Assembly (NCBI GenBank): GCA_963743495.1
Contig: CAVUPO010000003.1
Location: 259,738-323,737, forward strand
Direction of reading: 5' to 3'
Length of the DNA: 64,000 bases
Source: an uncultured Actinomycetes bacterium
GTDB lineage: Bacteria; Actinomycetota; Thermoleophilia; Gaiellales; Gaiellaceae
Below the pieces are notes generated by a model. The model made no database searches, had not been told where the DNA came from, and saw only the letters and a list, made by a program, of their open reading frames with translations. Made by a program: the position numbers and the translations under genes. Positions 1 through 9,907 of the stretch are shown here, one piece after another (within the stretch, counting starts at the first letter, position 1; every line of letters starts with the position of its first letter).

Positions 1-1135
1 AGACGTCCTCGCCGCCAGAGCAGACGACTTCATCCGCGCATCGTCAGGCCCGTTCTTCCTCCTTCTGGCGCCATACGCTCCGCACACTCCGGCAACCCCC
101 GCACCGCGTCATGGTGCGACGTTCCCCTCGCTCGCGCCGTGGCGGCCCGCGAGCTACGACGAGGCGGACGTCTCCGACAAGCCGGCGTACGTCAAGGCCC
201 TGGGACCGGTCGAAGACCCGGATGAGCTCGACGACTTCAGGCGGCGCCAGCTCCAGTCCCTCCTCGCCGTCGACGAGGCCGTGCGTCGCATCGTGAGGGC
301 CTTGGCGGACACGGAGCGCCTCGAGAACACGGTCATCTTCTACACGTCCGACAACGGTGTCCTCTGGGGCGAACACCGCCTGACCGGCAAGCAGGTCCCC
401 TACGAGGAGAGCATCAGGGTGCCCCTGATCGTTCGATACGACGCCAAGGCCGCCGGCCCGCGCACTGACAGACACCTCGTAGCCAACATCGACATCGCAC
501 CGACGCTCGCCCGCTACGCCGGAATCTCGCGATCAGGTGTAGAGGGCCGGCCTCTCCAGCCGCTGGTTGTCGGGGGGCCGGTGGCGTGGCGAAAGCAGCT
601 GCTGGTGGAGTCGGCGAGAGGTGGCCCGAATACCCGCGTCCCGGGCTACTGCGCGGTTCGGGGCCGGCGGTATGCGTACGTTGCATACGAGACCCGAGAG
701 GAGGAGCTCTACGACCTCCGAGAGGATCCGGAGCAGCTCGTGAACCGGGTGCGCAAGAAGGCGCTGCGGGTGCAGCTGGCGAGAATGCGGTCGCACCTCC
801 TGGCGCTCTGCAGCCCACCTCCGCGAGGAGTGTCCGTCCGGTGGATCTGCACCAGGAAGGGCACTGCGGGCTCCGACGTCATCCGTGGTTGGAACGGGCT
901 GGACGCTCTCTGCGGCGGAGCCGGGCGCGACACCCTCATTGCGCGTCGGGGAAACGACCGTCTCACTGGTGGACCTGGTCGTGACCAGCTGCTGGCGGGT
1001 CCCGGCAACGACCGCCTGTTCGCGCGGGATGGCGCCGCGGACACGATCGTCTGCGGGCGTGGCTACGACCGCGTCATCGCAGACAGGCGAGACGTCATCG
1101 CGGCAGACTGCGAGTGGCTCAGTCGCTCGACGTAG
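1..1135 (+). CDS. Sulfatase family protein, 5' end cut by window edge, with C-terminal hemolysin-type (RTX-like) Ca-binding repeats
   Basis: Frame of ORF 281..1135 stays open back to nt 2 (FFLLLAPYAPHTP...DVSDKPAYV). Sulfatase C-terminal signatures VIFYTSDNG, LWGEH, KQVPYEESIRVPL. Tail has GGAGRDTL / GGPGRDQL / GPGNDRL repeats. Confidence 0.75.
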   Translation, partial: DVLAARADDFIRASSGPFFLLLAPYAPHTPATPAPRHGATFPSLAPWRPASYDEADVSDKPAYVKALGPVEDPDELDDFRRRQLQSLLAVDEAVRRIVRALADTERLENTVIFYTSDNGVLWGEHRLTGKQVPYEESIRVPLIVRYDAKAAGPRTDRHLVANIDIAPTLARYAGISRSGVEGRPLQPLVVGGPVAWRKQLLVESARGGPNTRVPGYCAVRGRRYAYVAYETREEELYDLREDPEQLVNRVRKKALRVQLARMRSHLLALCSPPPRGVSVRWICTRKGTAGSDVIRGWNGLDALCGGAGRDTLIARRGNDRLTGGPGRDQLLAGPGNDRLFARDGAADTIVCGRGYDRVIADRRDVIAADCEWLSRST

Positions 1136-1233
1136 TCGCCTGACGAACCCTAGTCGGTTCCAATGGGTGTTGCGCTGGGCGGAGGCTCGACCGAGAGCGC
1201 GTCCTGGCACCGCCGGCTGCCCTCCGATGCTCG

Positions 1234-2559
1234 TTGCAAGATCTGTCGATGCGGCCCTGCCTCCCCTGGAGACGAGGACGGACTCGGCGCGGCGCCGTCA
1301 CCCTGGGCGTCCTCGTCGCACTCGCGGCGGGGCCCGGCAGCCCGCCGGCCGCCTCGGCGGCGGGCACCGAGCCGGTGGTGACCGGCCACAACGGCGCCGG
1401 CACCTTCCTCGTCGACGGCAAGAGGGTCTTCCCGATCGGCGTCTCCACGCCACCTCCCCTCGCGGGGCTGACGCCGGCGGGGACGCTCGGCCTCGACGCC
1501 CTCGTCGCCGGGGGCGTCACGTTCTTCTCCGCGGGCCCGCACGGCGCGCCGTGGACGGCCGAGGTGCTCGACGAGACCCGGGCGTGGGGCGACGCCGCCG
1601 CGGTCCGCGGCGTCCACACGTGGGTCAACCTCCGCGAGCTCGCCGACTCGCAAGCGGGAACGCCGGAGCGTGACCTGCTCGTCGAGGTCGTGATCGCGCT
1701 CAGGGACAGCCCCGGCCTCGGCATGTGGAAGGGCCTCGACGAGGCGTCGGCCCACGTCCTCCCTGAGAGCGTGCTCGAGCCCTACCGGCTGGTCAAGGAG
1801 CTCGACCCCGACCACCTGTTCCACACGATCCACCCGCCGCTCTCGACGGACGGGACGGTTTTCCAGCATCCGCCCGTCCCTCCGGACCTGACCCTGTGGA
1901 ACGCGGTCACCGATACACACGGCATCAACGTCTATCCCGTGTACCACCACCTCGTGGGCGTCCGGCAGCCGAAGCTCGGCTACGTCGGGCTCTGGACGGC
2001 GGCGATCGGGCGCGCCACGGCGACGAAGGCGATCACGACCACGCTGCAGATCTGCTTCGCGGGCAGCGACGACAGGAACGGGAGCGGGGCCTTCGTGCTG
2101 CCCACGGCGCGTCAGGAGCGGTTCATGATCTACGACGCGATCGTGAACGGGGCGCGGGGGCTCTTCTTCTACGGCGGCCAGCTGAGCAGGTGCCAGCACG
2201 AGCGCGACCGGGAGCTCGGCTGGAACTGGGCCTTCTGGGAGCGCACGCTCGCCAGGCTCGTGGGCGAGATCCGGTCGGGGCGCCCGCTGCACCGGGTTCT
2301 GGTGCGGCCGGAGACGAGCCGCGGGCTGCGCACGAACAACAAGTACACCCGGGCGATCCGGCGGACGGCGCCGCGAGAGCTCTGGGTGATCGCCACGCAC
2401 CGCCGCGCGGCGAAGGCTACCGTCACGGTTCGCGGGCTCCCCTCCTGGGCCCGTGTCGGCCGCACCTACCCGGGCGGGAAGAAGGTCCGCGCGACCAAGG
2501 GTCACGTGCGCTTGTCCTTCCCCGCCTGGGGAGTCAGGGTCGTCCGCTTCGTCCGCTGA
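1234..2559 (+). CDS. Hypothetical secreted protein (N-terminal signal-like segment; possibly a TIM-barrel glycoside-hydrolase-like fold)
   Basis: 441-aa ORF with high GC3. Hydrophobic LGVLVALAAGPGSPPAASAAG near the N-terminus. No motif I can name with certainty; MWKGLDEA and FFYGG are only loosely GH-like. Confidence 0.5.
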   Translation: MQDLSMRPCLPWRRGRTRRGAVTLGVLVALAAGPGSPPAASAAGTEPVVTGHNGAGTFLVDGKRVFPIGVSTPPPLAGLTPAGTLGLDALVAGGVTFFSAGPHGAPWTAEVLDETRAWGDAAAVRGVHTWVNLRELADSQAGTPERDLLVEVVIALRDSPGLGMWKGLDEASAHVLPESVLEPYRLVKELDPDHLFHTIHPPLSTDGTVFQHPPVPPDLTLWNAVTDTHGINVYPVYHHLVGVRQPKLGYVGLWTAAIGRATATKAITTTLQICFAGSDDRNGSGAFVLPTARQERFMIYDAIVNGARGLFFYGGQLSRCQHERDRELGWNWAFWERTLARLVGEIRSGRPLHRVLVRPETSRGLRTNNKYTRAIRRTAPRELWVIATHRRAAKATVTVRGLPSWARVGRTYPGGKKVRATKGHVRLSFPAWGVRVVRFVR

Positions 2560-3111
2560 CTAGTCGAGGCCGAGCTCGCTCGCATAGGCGCGCGCATAGA
2601 CGTCGCGCGCCTCGAGCACGTTGTCGACGAACTCCCGCGTCTCGGGGAAGGGAATCTCCTCCCGTCCCTCGGCGATCCAGCCGTCGACGTTGGCCTGGCC
2701 CGCATTGTAGGCGGCCAGGGCGAGGCGCTCGTCCTCGTATTTCCGCAACAGCCGCCGGAGGTACAAGGAGCCGTACCGCACGTTGATCTCCGGGTCGTAC
2801 AGGTCGCCGACCTCGAATCTGCTGCCACCCGTGTACTGGGCGATCCCCTCGGCCGTCTCGGGCAGCAGCTGCATCAGTCCGATCGCGCCGGACGACGAGC
2901 GGGCGTTCGCGTCGAACTTGCTCTCGCGGTAGATGACGGCTGCGAGCAGGGCGGCGTCCAGGTCGTACTGGCGTGCGTGTCCGCGGACGATGTGCTCGTA
3001 CTCGAGCGGATAGCGGAGCCGCGCGTACCAGGACGGCTTCGTGTCCTCGACGTAGAAGAACCCGACGGCCACGGCAGCCAGGAAGACGACGGCTGCCACC
3101 GCGAACCTCAT
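2560..3111 (-). CDS. Membrane-anchored lytic transglycosylase (SLT domain)
   Basis: MRFAVAAVVFLAAVAVGFF anchor. SLT motifs RESKFDANARSSSGAIGLMQLLP and AAYNAG. The ATG overlaps the coaE stop (ATGA at 3108-3111). Confidence 0.8.
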   Translation of the reverse strand: MRFAVAAVVFLAAVAVGFFYVEDTKPSWYARLRYPLEYEHIVRGHARQYDLDAALLAAVIYRESKFDANARSSSGAIGLMQLLPETAEGIAQYTGGSRFEVGDLYDPEINVRYGSLYLRRLLRKYEDERLALAAYNAGQANVDGWIAEGREEIPFPETREFVDNVLEARDVYARAYASELGLD

Positions 3112-3690
3112 CGGGACAGGGTGGCGACGACGCCGGACACGAACTCTTCGAGCTCGGCGAGCGTTCCGTCGTTGACGTAGACGAAGTCGGCGCGGGCCGC
3201 CTTCTCCTCGTCGGGGACGAGCCGCTGCTCGCGCTCCCGCAGCGGCCCGATGCGCCGCGCGATGCGCGCTTCCGTCGAGCGCGGTCACGACGACCACCTT
3301 GTCGAAGCGGGACTCGCCGCCGACCTCGTAGAGGAGCGGGACCTCCGTCACGCAGACCGCGGGTGGCTCGGGCAGGGCGGCCAGCTCCTCTCGCCAGCCG
3401 AGGTAGCGCTCGACGACGCGCGGGTGCAGGAGCCGCTCGAGCCAGGCGAGCTCGCGGCGGGTCGGAGAAGACGATCGCCCCCACCCTCGCCCGGTCGATC
3501 TCGCCATCGGCGCCGAGCACGTCCTCGCCGAAGCGCTCGACGACCGCCTGCTTGACGGCCGGGTCGTCGCGAAGCAGCTCGTGGACGATCTCGTCGCTCG
3601 AGATGACGGCGGCGCCCCGCTCGGCGAAGGCGCGCAGCGCCGTGGACTTGCCGGCCCCGATCCCGCCCGTGATCGCGACCGCGACGGGGG
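3108..3690 (-). pseudogene. coaE: Dephospho-CoA kinase, read in three frames (apparent frameshifts near 3455-3462 and 3265-3275); start codon not resolved
   Basis: P-loop AITGGIGAGKST, then RRELAWLERLLHPRVVERY...VTEVPLLYEVGGESRFDKVVVVTA in a second frame. RSTEARIARRIGPLREREQRLVPDEEKAARADFVYVNDGTLAELEEFV-stop is in a third frame. Confidence 0.75.
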
Positions 3691-3692
3691 TC

Positions 3693-5071
3693 TTAGCTCG
3701 GCTCGTCGTCGGGCTCGGCCAAGGCCTCGGCGTCGGCCTCGGGGGTTGCCTCGTCCCCGCCGGGAGGCTCGCCGGCGGCCGTCGGGCCGGGCTCGGGCGC
3801 AGGCGGCTCGCCCTCCTCGGCCTCGGCCTCGGGCTCGGCAACCTCGACCGCGGCCTCCGACTCGGGCTCCGCGGCCTCGGGGGCCGCACCCTCGACGAAG
3901 ACCTCCTCGGAGAGCCCGAGGTCAGGGGCGTCCCCGCCGACGCCGGGGCGCACCGCCTCGCCCTCCTCGACGCGCTTGAGGGAGAGCGAGAGGCGCCGTC
4001 GCTCGGCGTCCATCTCGATGATCTTGGCGCGGAGGGTCTCGCCCTGCTGGACGACCTCGCGCGGGTTCTCGACGTGGTGCGCGGCGAGCTCGGAGATGTG
4101 CACGAGGCCCTCGACGCCGGGGATGATCTCGACGAACGCGCCGAAGGTGACGACCTTCGTGACGCGGCCCTGGACGACGTCGCCCTGCTGGTAGCTGTCG
4201 ATCACCTGCTGCCACGGGTCGGTCTGGGTCTGCTTGAGGCCGAGCGAGATGCGCTGGCGCTCGCGGTCGATGTCGAGCACCTTGACCGCGACCTCCTGGC
4301 CGATCTCGAGCAGCTCGGAGGGGTGGTTGACGTGGCTCCAGGAGAGCTCCGAGATGTGGATCAGGCCGTCCATGCCGTCGAGGTCGACGAAGGCGCCGAA
4401 GTCGACGATGTTCGAGATCGTGCCCTCGACGACGTCGCCCGGGTTGAGCCGGTCGAGGATCGCCTGGCGCATCTCCGGCGCTCCTCCTCGAGCACGGCGC
4501 GGCGCGAGAGGACGACGTTGTTGCGCGTGCGGTTGAGCTCGATGACCTTGCAGCGGAGCTCCTGGCCGAGGAACTCGTCGAGGTCCTGGACGCGGCGGAT
4601 GTCGACGAGCGACGCGGGCAGGAAGCCGCGCACGCCGAGGTCGAGGATGAGGCCGCCCTTGACGACCTCGATGACGCGGCCCGTGACGGGCTCGCCCTGC
4701 TCGTGCGGCGCCCTCGATCGCCTTCCAGGCGATCTCGAAGCGCGCGCGCTTCTTCGAGAGGATCAGCCGGCCTTCGGCGTCCTCCTTCGTCATCACGAGC
4801 GCGTCGATCTCGTCGCCGAGGCTGAAACCTCGTCGGCCGGGTTCACCGAGCGCCGGATCGACAGCTCGGAGACGGGGATCACGCCTTCGGACTTGTAGCC
4901 GATGTCGACCAGCACCTCGTCCTTGTCCACACGGACGACCGTGCCGTTGACGACCTCGCCTTCGTTGATCGTCGGGAAGGTCGACTCGTAGTCGGGGATC
5001 AGCTCGCCGTCCGGACCTGTCGTCCAGACGCCTTCCTCGAGCCGGGGATCGTTGATGGTTTCGTTGGCCAT
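3693..5071 (-). pseudogene. rpsA: 30S ribosomal protein S1, interrupted by about 3 single-base frameshifts (near 4821-4830, 4703-4712, 4471-4480)
   Basis: The N-terminus MANETINDPR...VVRVDKDEVLVDIGYKSEGVIPVSELSIRRSV continues in other frames as LGDEIDALVMTKEDAEGRLILSKK, then GFLPASLVDIRRVQDL...IELNRTRNNVVLSRRAVLEEE. It then runs through MRQAILDRL...GLIHISEL... to the acidic tail. Confidence 0.9.
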
Positions 5072-5081
5072 GAGGCGGGTC

Positions 5082-5087
5082 AGTATA
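5082..5087 (-). promoter_or_regulatory. Candidate -10 hexamer TATACT, 10 nt upstream of the rpsA ATG (possible leaderless or near-leaderless rpsA mRNA)
   Basis: The minus strand reads GGGGCTATACTGACCCGCCTCATG. There is no Shine-Dalgarno-like purine run between the hexamer and the ATG. Confidence 0.3.
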
Positions 5088-5152
5088 GCCCCACTGCTCT
5101 AGACGCCTGTTCGGTCGGACGGTTAGCCGTTTCAGGGCGATACGCTGGCTTC

Positions 5153-5956
5153 GTGGAGGAGCGTTACCCGATCGGCGAGACCGAATCCGTCTTCGTGGCC
5201 GTTCTGCGACACGAGCGGCGCGAGGACGGATACCCGCGCTGGAGCGCCGTGCTCGGCCTGCAGGGCGGCGAGGCGACGGTGAGCCTTCCCGGGCACTACC
5301 CCGCGGTGCTCGCGCAGCGGCTCGAGCTGGCGCAGGAGCGGTTCGCGCCGGGTGCGCGGCTCGGGCGCGACGAGTATCTCGACCTGACGGCCCTCGCCCG
5401 CGGCGAGGAGGAGACGCTCGCGCTCTCGTCCTCGGCCCGTTCGCCGGTGCGCGTGACGATCGAGGTGCCGCGCACCGAGCTGGAGGCGCTCGTGGAGCTG
5501 CTCCGGCACGCGCAGGATCTGATCGAGACGCTCCGGCAGGGGCTTGGGCTCGTCCTCGGGACGGCCGAACCGTGTGACGCTGCGGCAGCTCCGGCGGCGC
5601 GGCGTGCGCGTCTGGCGCGCCGTCGGGCAGCGCGCGGGCTGGTGGAACGGCCGTGCCTCGTCGGTGCATCGACGCTCGGGGACGGCGTGCCTCGGCGGCG
5701 CGCTCGGCTCGGAGCCCGGGTTCGTCGACCTGCGGCGGGGTGGCGCCGTGGAGGGCGAGGGCTCGTCGTCGACGGCGGGCCGACGCTGGAGGCGGCTCGC
5801 GGCGGCATGACGCATGTCCACACGGGAGCGACGGGTCGGTCGCCGTCGTGCGTCGAGGGGCGGCGGATCGAGCGCTACGTGGGCGGCCGGCTGGACGGAG
5901 GCGCTCGCGGTGCCCGCCCGCTACGGGCGCGCGTCTGCCGGACTGTCGCCGGATGA
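5153..5956 (+). CDS. Hypothetical protein; only the first ~135 codons look convincingly coding and the 3' end is uncertain
   Basis: ORF MEERYPIGETESVFVAVLRHERREDGYPRW... has high GC3 up to about 5560. After that the GC3 signal moves to other + frames (5544..5810, 5814..). No recognisable family. Confidence 0.35.
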   Translation: MEERYPIGETESVFVAVLRHERREDGYPRWSAVLGLQGGEATVSLPGHYPAVLAQRLELAQERFAPGARLGRDEYLDLTALARGEEETLALSSSARSPVRVTIEVPRTELEALVELLRHAQDLIETLRQGLGLVLGTAEPCDAAAAPAARRARLARRRAARGLVERPCLVGASTLGDGVPRRRARLGARVRRPAAGWRRGGRGLVVDGGPTLEAARGGMTHVHTGATGRSPSCVEGRRIERYVGGRLDGGARGARPLRARVCRTVAG

Positions 5957-6503
5957 CTGCGCGGCGGCGCGCCGCGCCGGCGACCGCGTCCGTGTGCTCG
6001 ACATCGGCTGCTCGCGGCTCGGCCGGCGCGCGGGAGGACGCTCTTCCACGCGGCCACGCGGCCGGGCTGGTGGCCCGGCAACCGCTGGGTCGAGGTCGGC
6101 GGCGGGCGACCGCGCCGGAGCGGACGCTCGAGCTGCGCTACGAGCGCTCGCCGTGGGCCCGGACGAGCGCCGCCGGTCGCCTGGCCGGTCGTTGCTCCGC
6201 CACGGCTCCCTGGCGCCGAGCTGCAGCCACCTTCGTCCGGCTCTCCAGGGACGAGCCTCGGTCGGCCGCTGGCAGCGCGGCCAGACCCCGGAGCAGCTCG
6301 CCGACGTCGAGGCCGAGGCTTGGCTCAACCATGCTCGCCGGGCCGGTACGCGACCGGGAAGCGGCACAATGTCGTCTGACACCCGTGCCTGGCATCAGCG
6401 CGCCCGGCCGTCACGCTCTCGTGACACTTCGCCGCCTGGTACCGGCCGTGACGCCGCGCCGGACGGGCCTGCGCTCGCGCCCGGCCCGCGGCTCCCGCGG
6501 AGG

Positions 6504-9072
6504 TCACGACTTCGCCTCGTTCCAGTCGTCGCCCGACGCCGACGTCGACTGCGAGCGGCGGGTCGAGCGGGTAGGCGCCGCACATCTCCTCGCGCACGAG
6601 CTCCGCACGCCGAGGTCTCCACGTCGGGCGACCTCGAGCAGGAGCTCGTCGTGCACCTGGAGGACGAGCCGCGCGACCGGCCCTCGTCGCGCAGGCGCCG
6701 TGGAGCGAGACCATCGCCGCCTTGATCATGTCCGCGGCGGTGCCCTGCATGACGAAGTTGACGGCGAGCCGCTCTCCGAGCCCGCGGGTCTGCCGGTTGC
6801 GGGCCTTCAGCTCCGGCACCGGCCGGCGGCGGCCGAAGAGGGTCGTCGCGTAGCCGTCGATCTCGGCCTGCTCGATCGTCCGCTGGATGAAGTCCTGCAC
6901 GTGCGGGAAGCGCGCGAGATACGCGTCGATGTAGGTCTGCGCCTCGTCGCGCGGGATGCCGAGGTTCTCGGAGAGCCCGAACGCCGAGATCCCGTAGATG
7001 ATCCCGAAGTTGACCATCTTGGCGACGTTCGCTCGTCCTTCGTCGAGCTCGGCGCGCTCCTTGCCGAGCACCTCGGCCGCCGTCGCCGCGTGGATGTCCT
7101 CGCCGCGCCGCGAACGCCTCGCGGAGCTTGGGCTCGCCCGAGACGTGGGCGAGGATGCGCAGCTCGACCTGCGAGTAGTCGGCCGAGAGGAGCCGAAAGC
7201 CGGGCTCGGCGACGAACGCGCTGCGGATCTCGCGCCCCAGCTCGGTGCGGATCGGGATCGCCTGCAGGTTCGGGCTCGAGGTCGAGAGCCGCCCGGTCGA
7301 GGCGACCGCCTGGTTGAAGTGCGTGTGCAGCCGGCCGTCCTCGGCGGAGATGAGGCTCGGGAGCGGCTCGAGGTACGTGTTCAGGAGCTTCGAGTACTCG
7401 CGCCACTCCTCGATCACCGCCACGATCTCGTGCTCGTCGCGGATGGCGCGGAGGACGCGGGCGTCGGTCGAGTAGCCCGTCTTGCCCTTCCGCCCGGCGG
7501 TGAGGCCGAGCACCTCGAAGAGGATGCGCGCCACCTGCTGGGTCGAGCCGAGCATGAACTCCTCGCCCGCGAGCTCGTGCGCCCTCGCCTCGAGCTCCTC
7601 GACCCGCTCGGCGAGCCGGGCCGTGATCTCGCCCATGCGGTAGGTGTCGATCCTGACGCCGACGTCCTCCATCGCCGCGAGGACGCCGCTCAGCGGCAGC
7701 TCGACGTTGCGGTAGAGCGGGTCGAGCCCGCGCTCGCGCGATCCGGGCGCGGAGCTGGGGATCGAGGCGCAAGGTCGCGGCGGCGCGGCGCACGAGCGCC
7801 GACGGTCTCCTCGTCGGCGGCCGGCTGCGGGACGAGCTCGACCCCGTACTCGGCCGCGAGGTCGTCCAGGAGGTACGAGGCCCGGCCCGGGTCGATCAGG
7901 TAGGCCATCAAGAGCGTGTCGTCGACCGCCTCGAGCCGCGCCGCCTTCGCGTCGTGGAGGACGAGCGCCGCGTCGCGGAGCCGGCGCGGCGAGTCGGCGC
8001 CCCAGGGGCCGACGACCACCGGCTCGCCCTCGCGCGCGAGCGCGAAGCGGTCGCCCTCGACCGCGACCGCCGCAGGCCCAGCCTCGGGCTCGAGCTCCCC
8101 CTCCTGCCAGGGGACGTCGACGCCGGCGACCTCGACCGGCGCGGCCGGCAGCGCCTCGTCGAGCTCGTCGACGCGGCCGAGGAGGTTGCGGAACTCGAAG
8201 CGGCGGAAGATCTCCTTCAGCCGGGAGCGGTCGGGCGGCGCGAGGACGAGGCCGGCCGGGTCGACCTCGAGCTCGAGGTCGCGCCGCATCGTCGCGAGCT
8301 CCTTCGAGGCGAGCGCCTGCTCGGCGTGCTCGCGGATCGACTTCGAGCGGGCGGGCGAGAGCTCGTCCACGTGCTCGAGAACGCCGTCCAGCGACCCGTA
8401 CTGCGAGACCAGCTGCCCGGCCGTCTTGTCCCCGATGCCCGGGACGCCGGGGATGTTGTCCGAGGTGTCCCCCTTCAGCCCGATGAAGTCGGGGACCTGG
8501 GCGGGCGTGACGCCGTAGCGGGCGTGGACGCGCTCGGGCGTGTAGACGTGGACGTCGGCGACGCCGCGCGGCGTCATCATCAGGCAGACGTTCTCCGAGC
8601 AGAGCTGGAACGCGTCCCGGTCGGTCGAGACGACGCAGGTCTTGACTCGGGCTTCGTCGGCTCGGGTCGCGAGAGTGGCGATGACGTCGTCGGCCTCCCA
8701 GCCCTCGAACTCGAGATTCCGGTAGCCGAAGGCCTCGACGATCGGCCGGAGGTGCGGGAACTGCTCGCGGAGGAGGTCGGGCATCGGCCGCCGCTCCACC
8801 TTGTACTCGGGCGAGAGCTCCTTGCGGTGCACCGGGCTCGTGTCCCACGCCACCGCCACGCCCTTTGGCCGGTAGTCGGACAGGAGCTTGAAGAGCATGT
8901 TCGTGAAGCCGAGGAGCGCGTTCGTCGGGAAGCCCTCGGTCGTCGCCAGCTCCTCGGGCAGCGCGAAGTAGGCGCGGTACGCGAGGTTGTTGCCGTCCAC
9001 GAGGAAGAGCTCGGACTCGCGCGCGGGCGCGTCGTCGACCTGGAGCTCGGCCCCGGTCAGCGTCTTGGGCAT
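6504..9072 (-). pseudogene. polA: DNA polymerase I, interrupted by at least 5 frameshifts
   Basis: 5'-nuclease N-terminus LFLVDGNNLAYRAYFALP (ORF 7690..9072). Polymerase motifs DYSQVELRILAH, then KMVNFGIIYGISAFGL and QGTAADMIK, each in different frames. The C-terminus AVDVGVG is followed by DDWNEAKS-stop only in the next frame (TGA at 6504-6506). Confidence 0.9.
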
Positions 9073-9112
9073 GACCCGAGTCTATTCGGCGGGCGGCGGG
9101 CGCCAGCGCCCG

Positions 9113-9907
9113 TCAGTCCATACCCAGGTAGGTCTTCTGGACCTGCTCGTTGCGGGCGAGCGCGTTCGCCTCGTCGGACAGCGCGATGTCGCCCGTCTCC
9201 ATCACGTAGCCGCGATTGGCCACGTCGAGCGCCATGAGCGCGTTCTGCTCGACGAGCAGGATCGGCGTGCCCTGCTGGTTGATCTCGACGACGATCTCGA
9301 AGATCTTCTCCACGAAGATCGGCGCCAGGCCCATCGACGGCTCGTCCAGCATGAGGAGCCGCGGGCGCGCCATCAGCGCCCGGCCCATCGCGACCATCTG
9401 CTGCTCGCCCCCGGAGAGCGTCCCTGCCGCCTGCGACTTCCGCTCGGCCAGGCGCGGGAAGAGCGAGTAGACGCGGTCGAGGTCCTCCTTGAAGTTGGAG
9501 CGATCCTTGCGTTGGAACGTCCCCATCTCGAGGTTCTCGAGCACGCTCATGCGCGGGAAGAGCTTCCGCCCCTCGGGCGACTGCGAGACGCCCATGGCCA
9601 CGACCTTGTGCGGCGCCTCGGTCGTGATGTCCTCCCCTTGGAAGCGGATCCTGCCCCTCCGCGGGTGGTTGAGGCCGTTGATCGAGCGCAGCGTCGTCGA
9701 CTTCCCCGCCCCGTTGGCCCCGATGAGGGTCACGATCTCGCCCTCACGCACCTCGAGCGTGACCCCCTTGAGGGCGTGGATCGCGCCGTAGTAGGTGTGG
9801 ATGTCCTCGACCTCGAGGATGGGCCCCCGGCCCCCGCCCCCGGCCCCCGGCGCCGGGGTGGGCGCGGACCGCGCCTCCGGCGCGGAGGACTGCGGCGCCT
9901 CGCTCAC
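9113..9907 (-). CDS. livF: Branched-chain amino acid ABC transporter ATP-binding protein (LivF type)
   Basis: Walker A GANGAGKSTT, signature LSGGEQQM, Walker B LLMLDEPS. Its stop and start overlap the neighbouring liv genes. Confidence 0.85.
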   Translation of the reverse strand: MSEAPQSSAPEARSAPTPAPGAGGGGRGPILEVEDIHTYYGAIHALKGVTLEVREGEIVTLIGANGAGKSTTLRSINGLNHPRRGRIRFQGEDITTEAPHKVVAMGVSQSPEGRKLFPRMSVLENLEMGTFQRKDRSNFKEDLDRVYSLFPRLAERKSQAAGTLSGGEQQMVAMGRALMARPRLLMLDEPSMGLAPIFVEKIFEIVVEINQQGTPILLVEQNALMALDVANRGYVMETGDIALSDEANALARNEQVQKTYLGMD

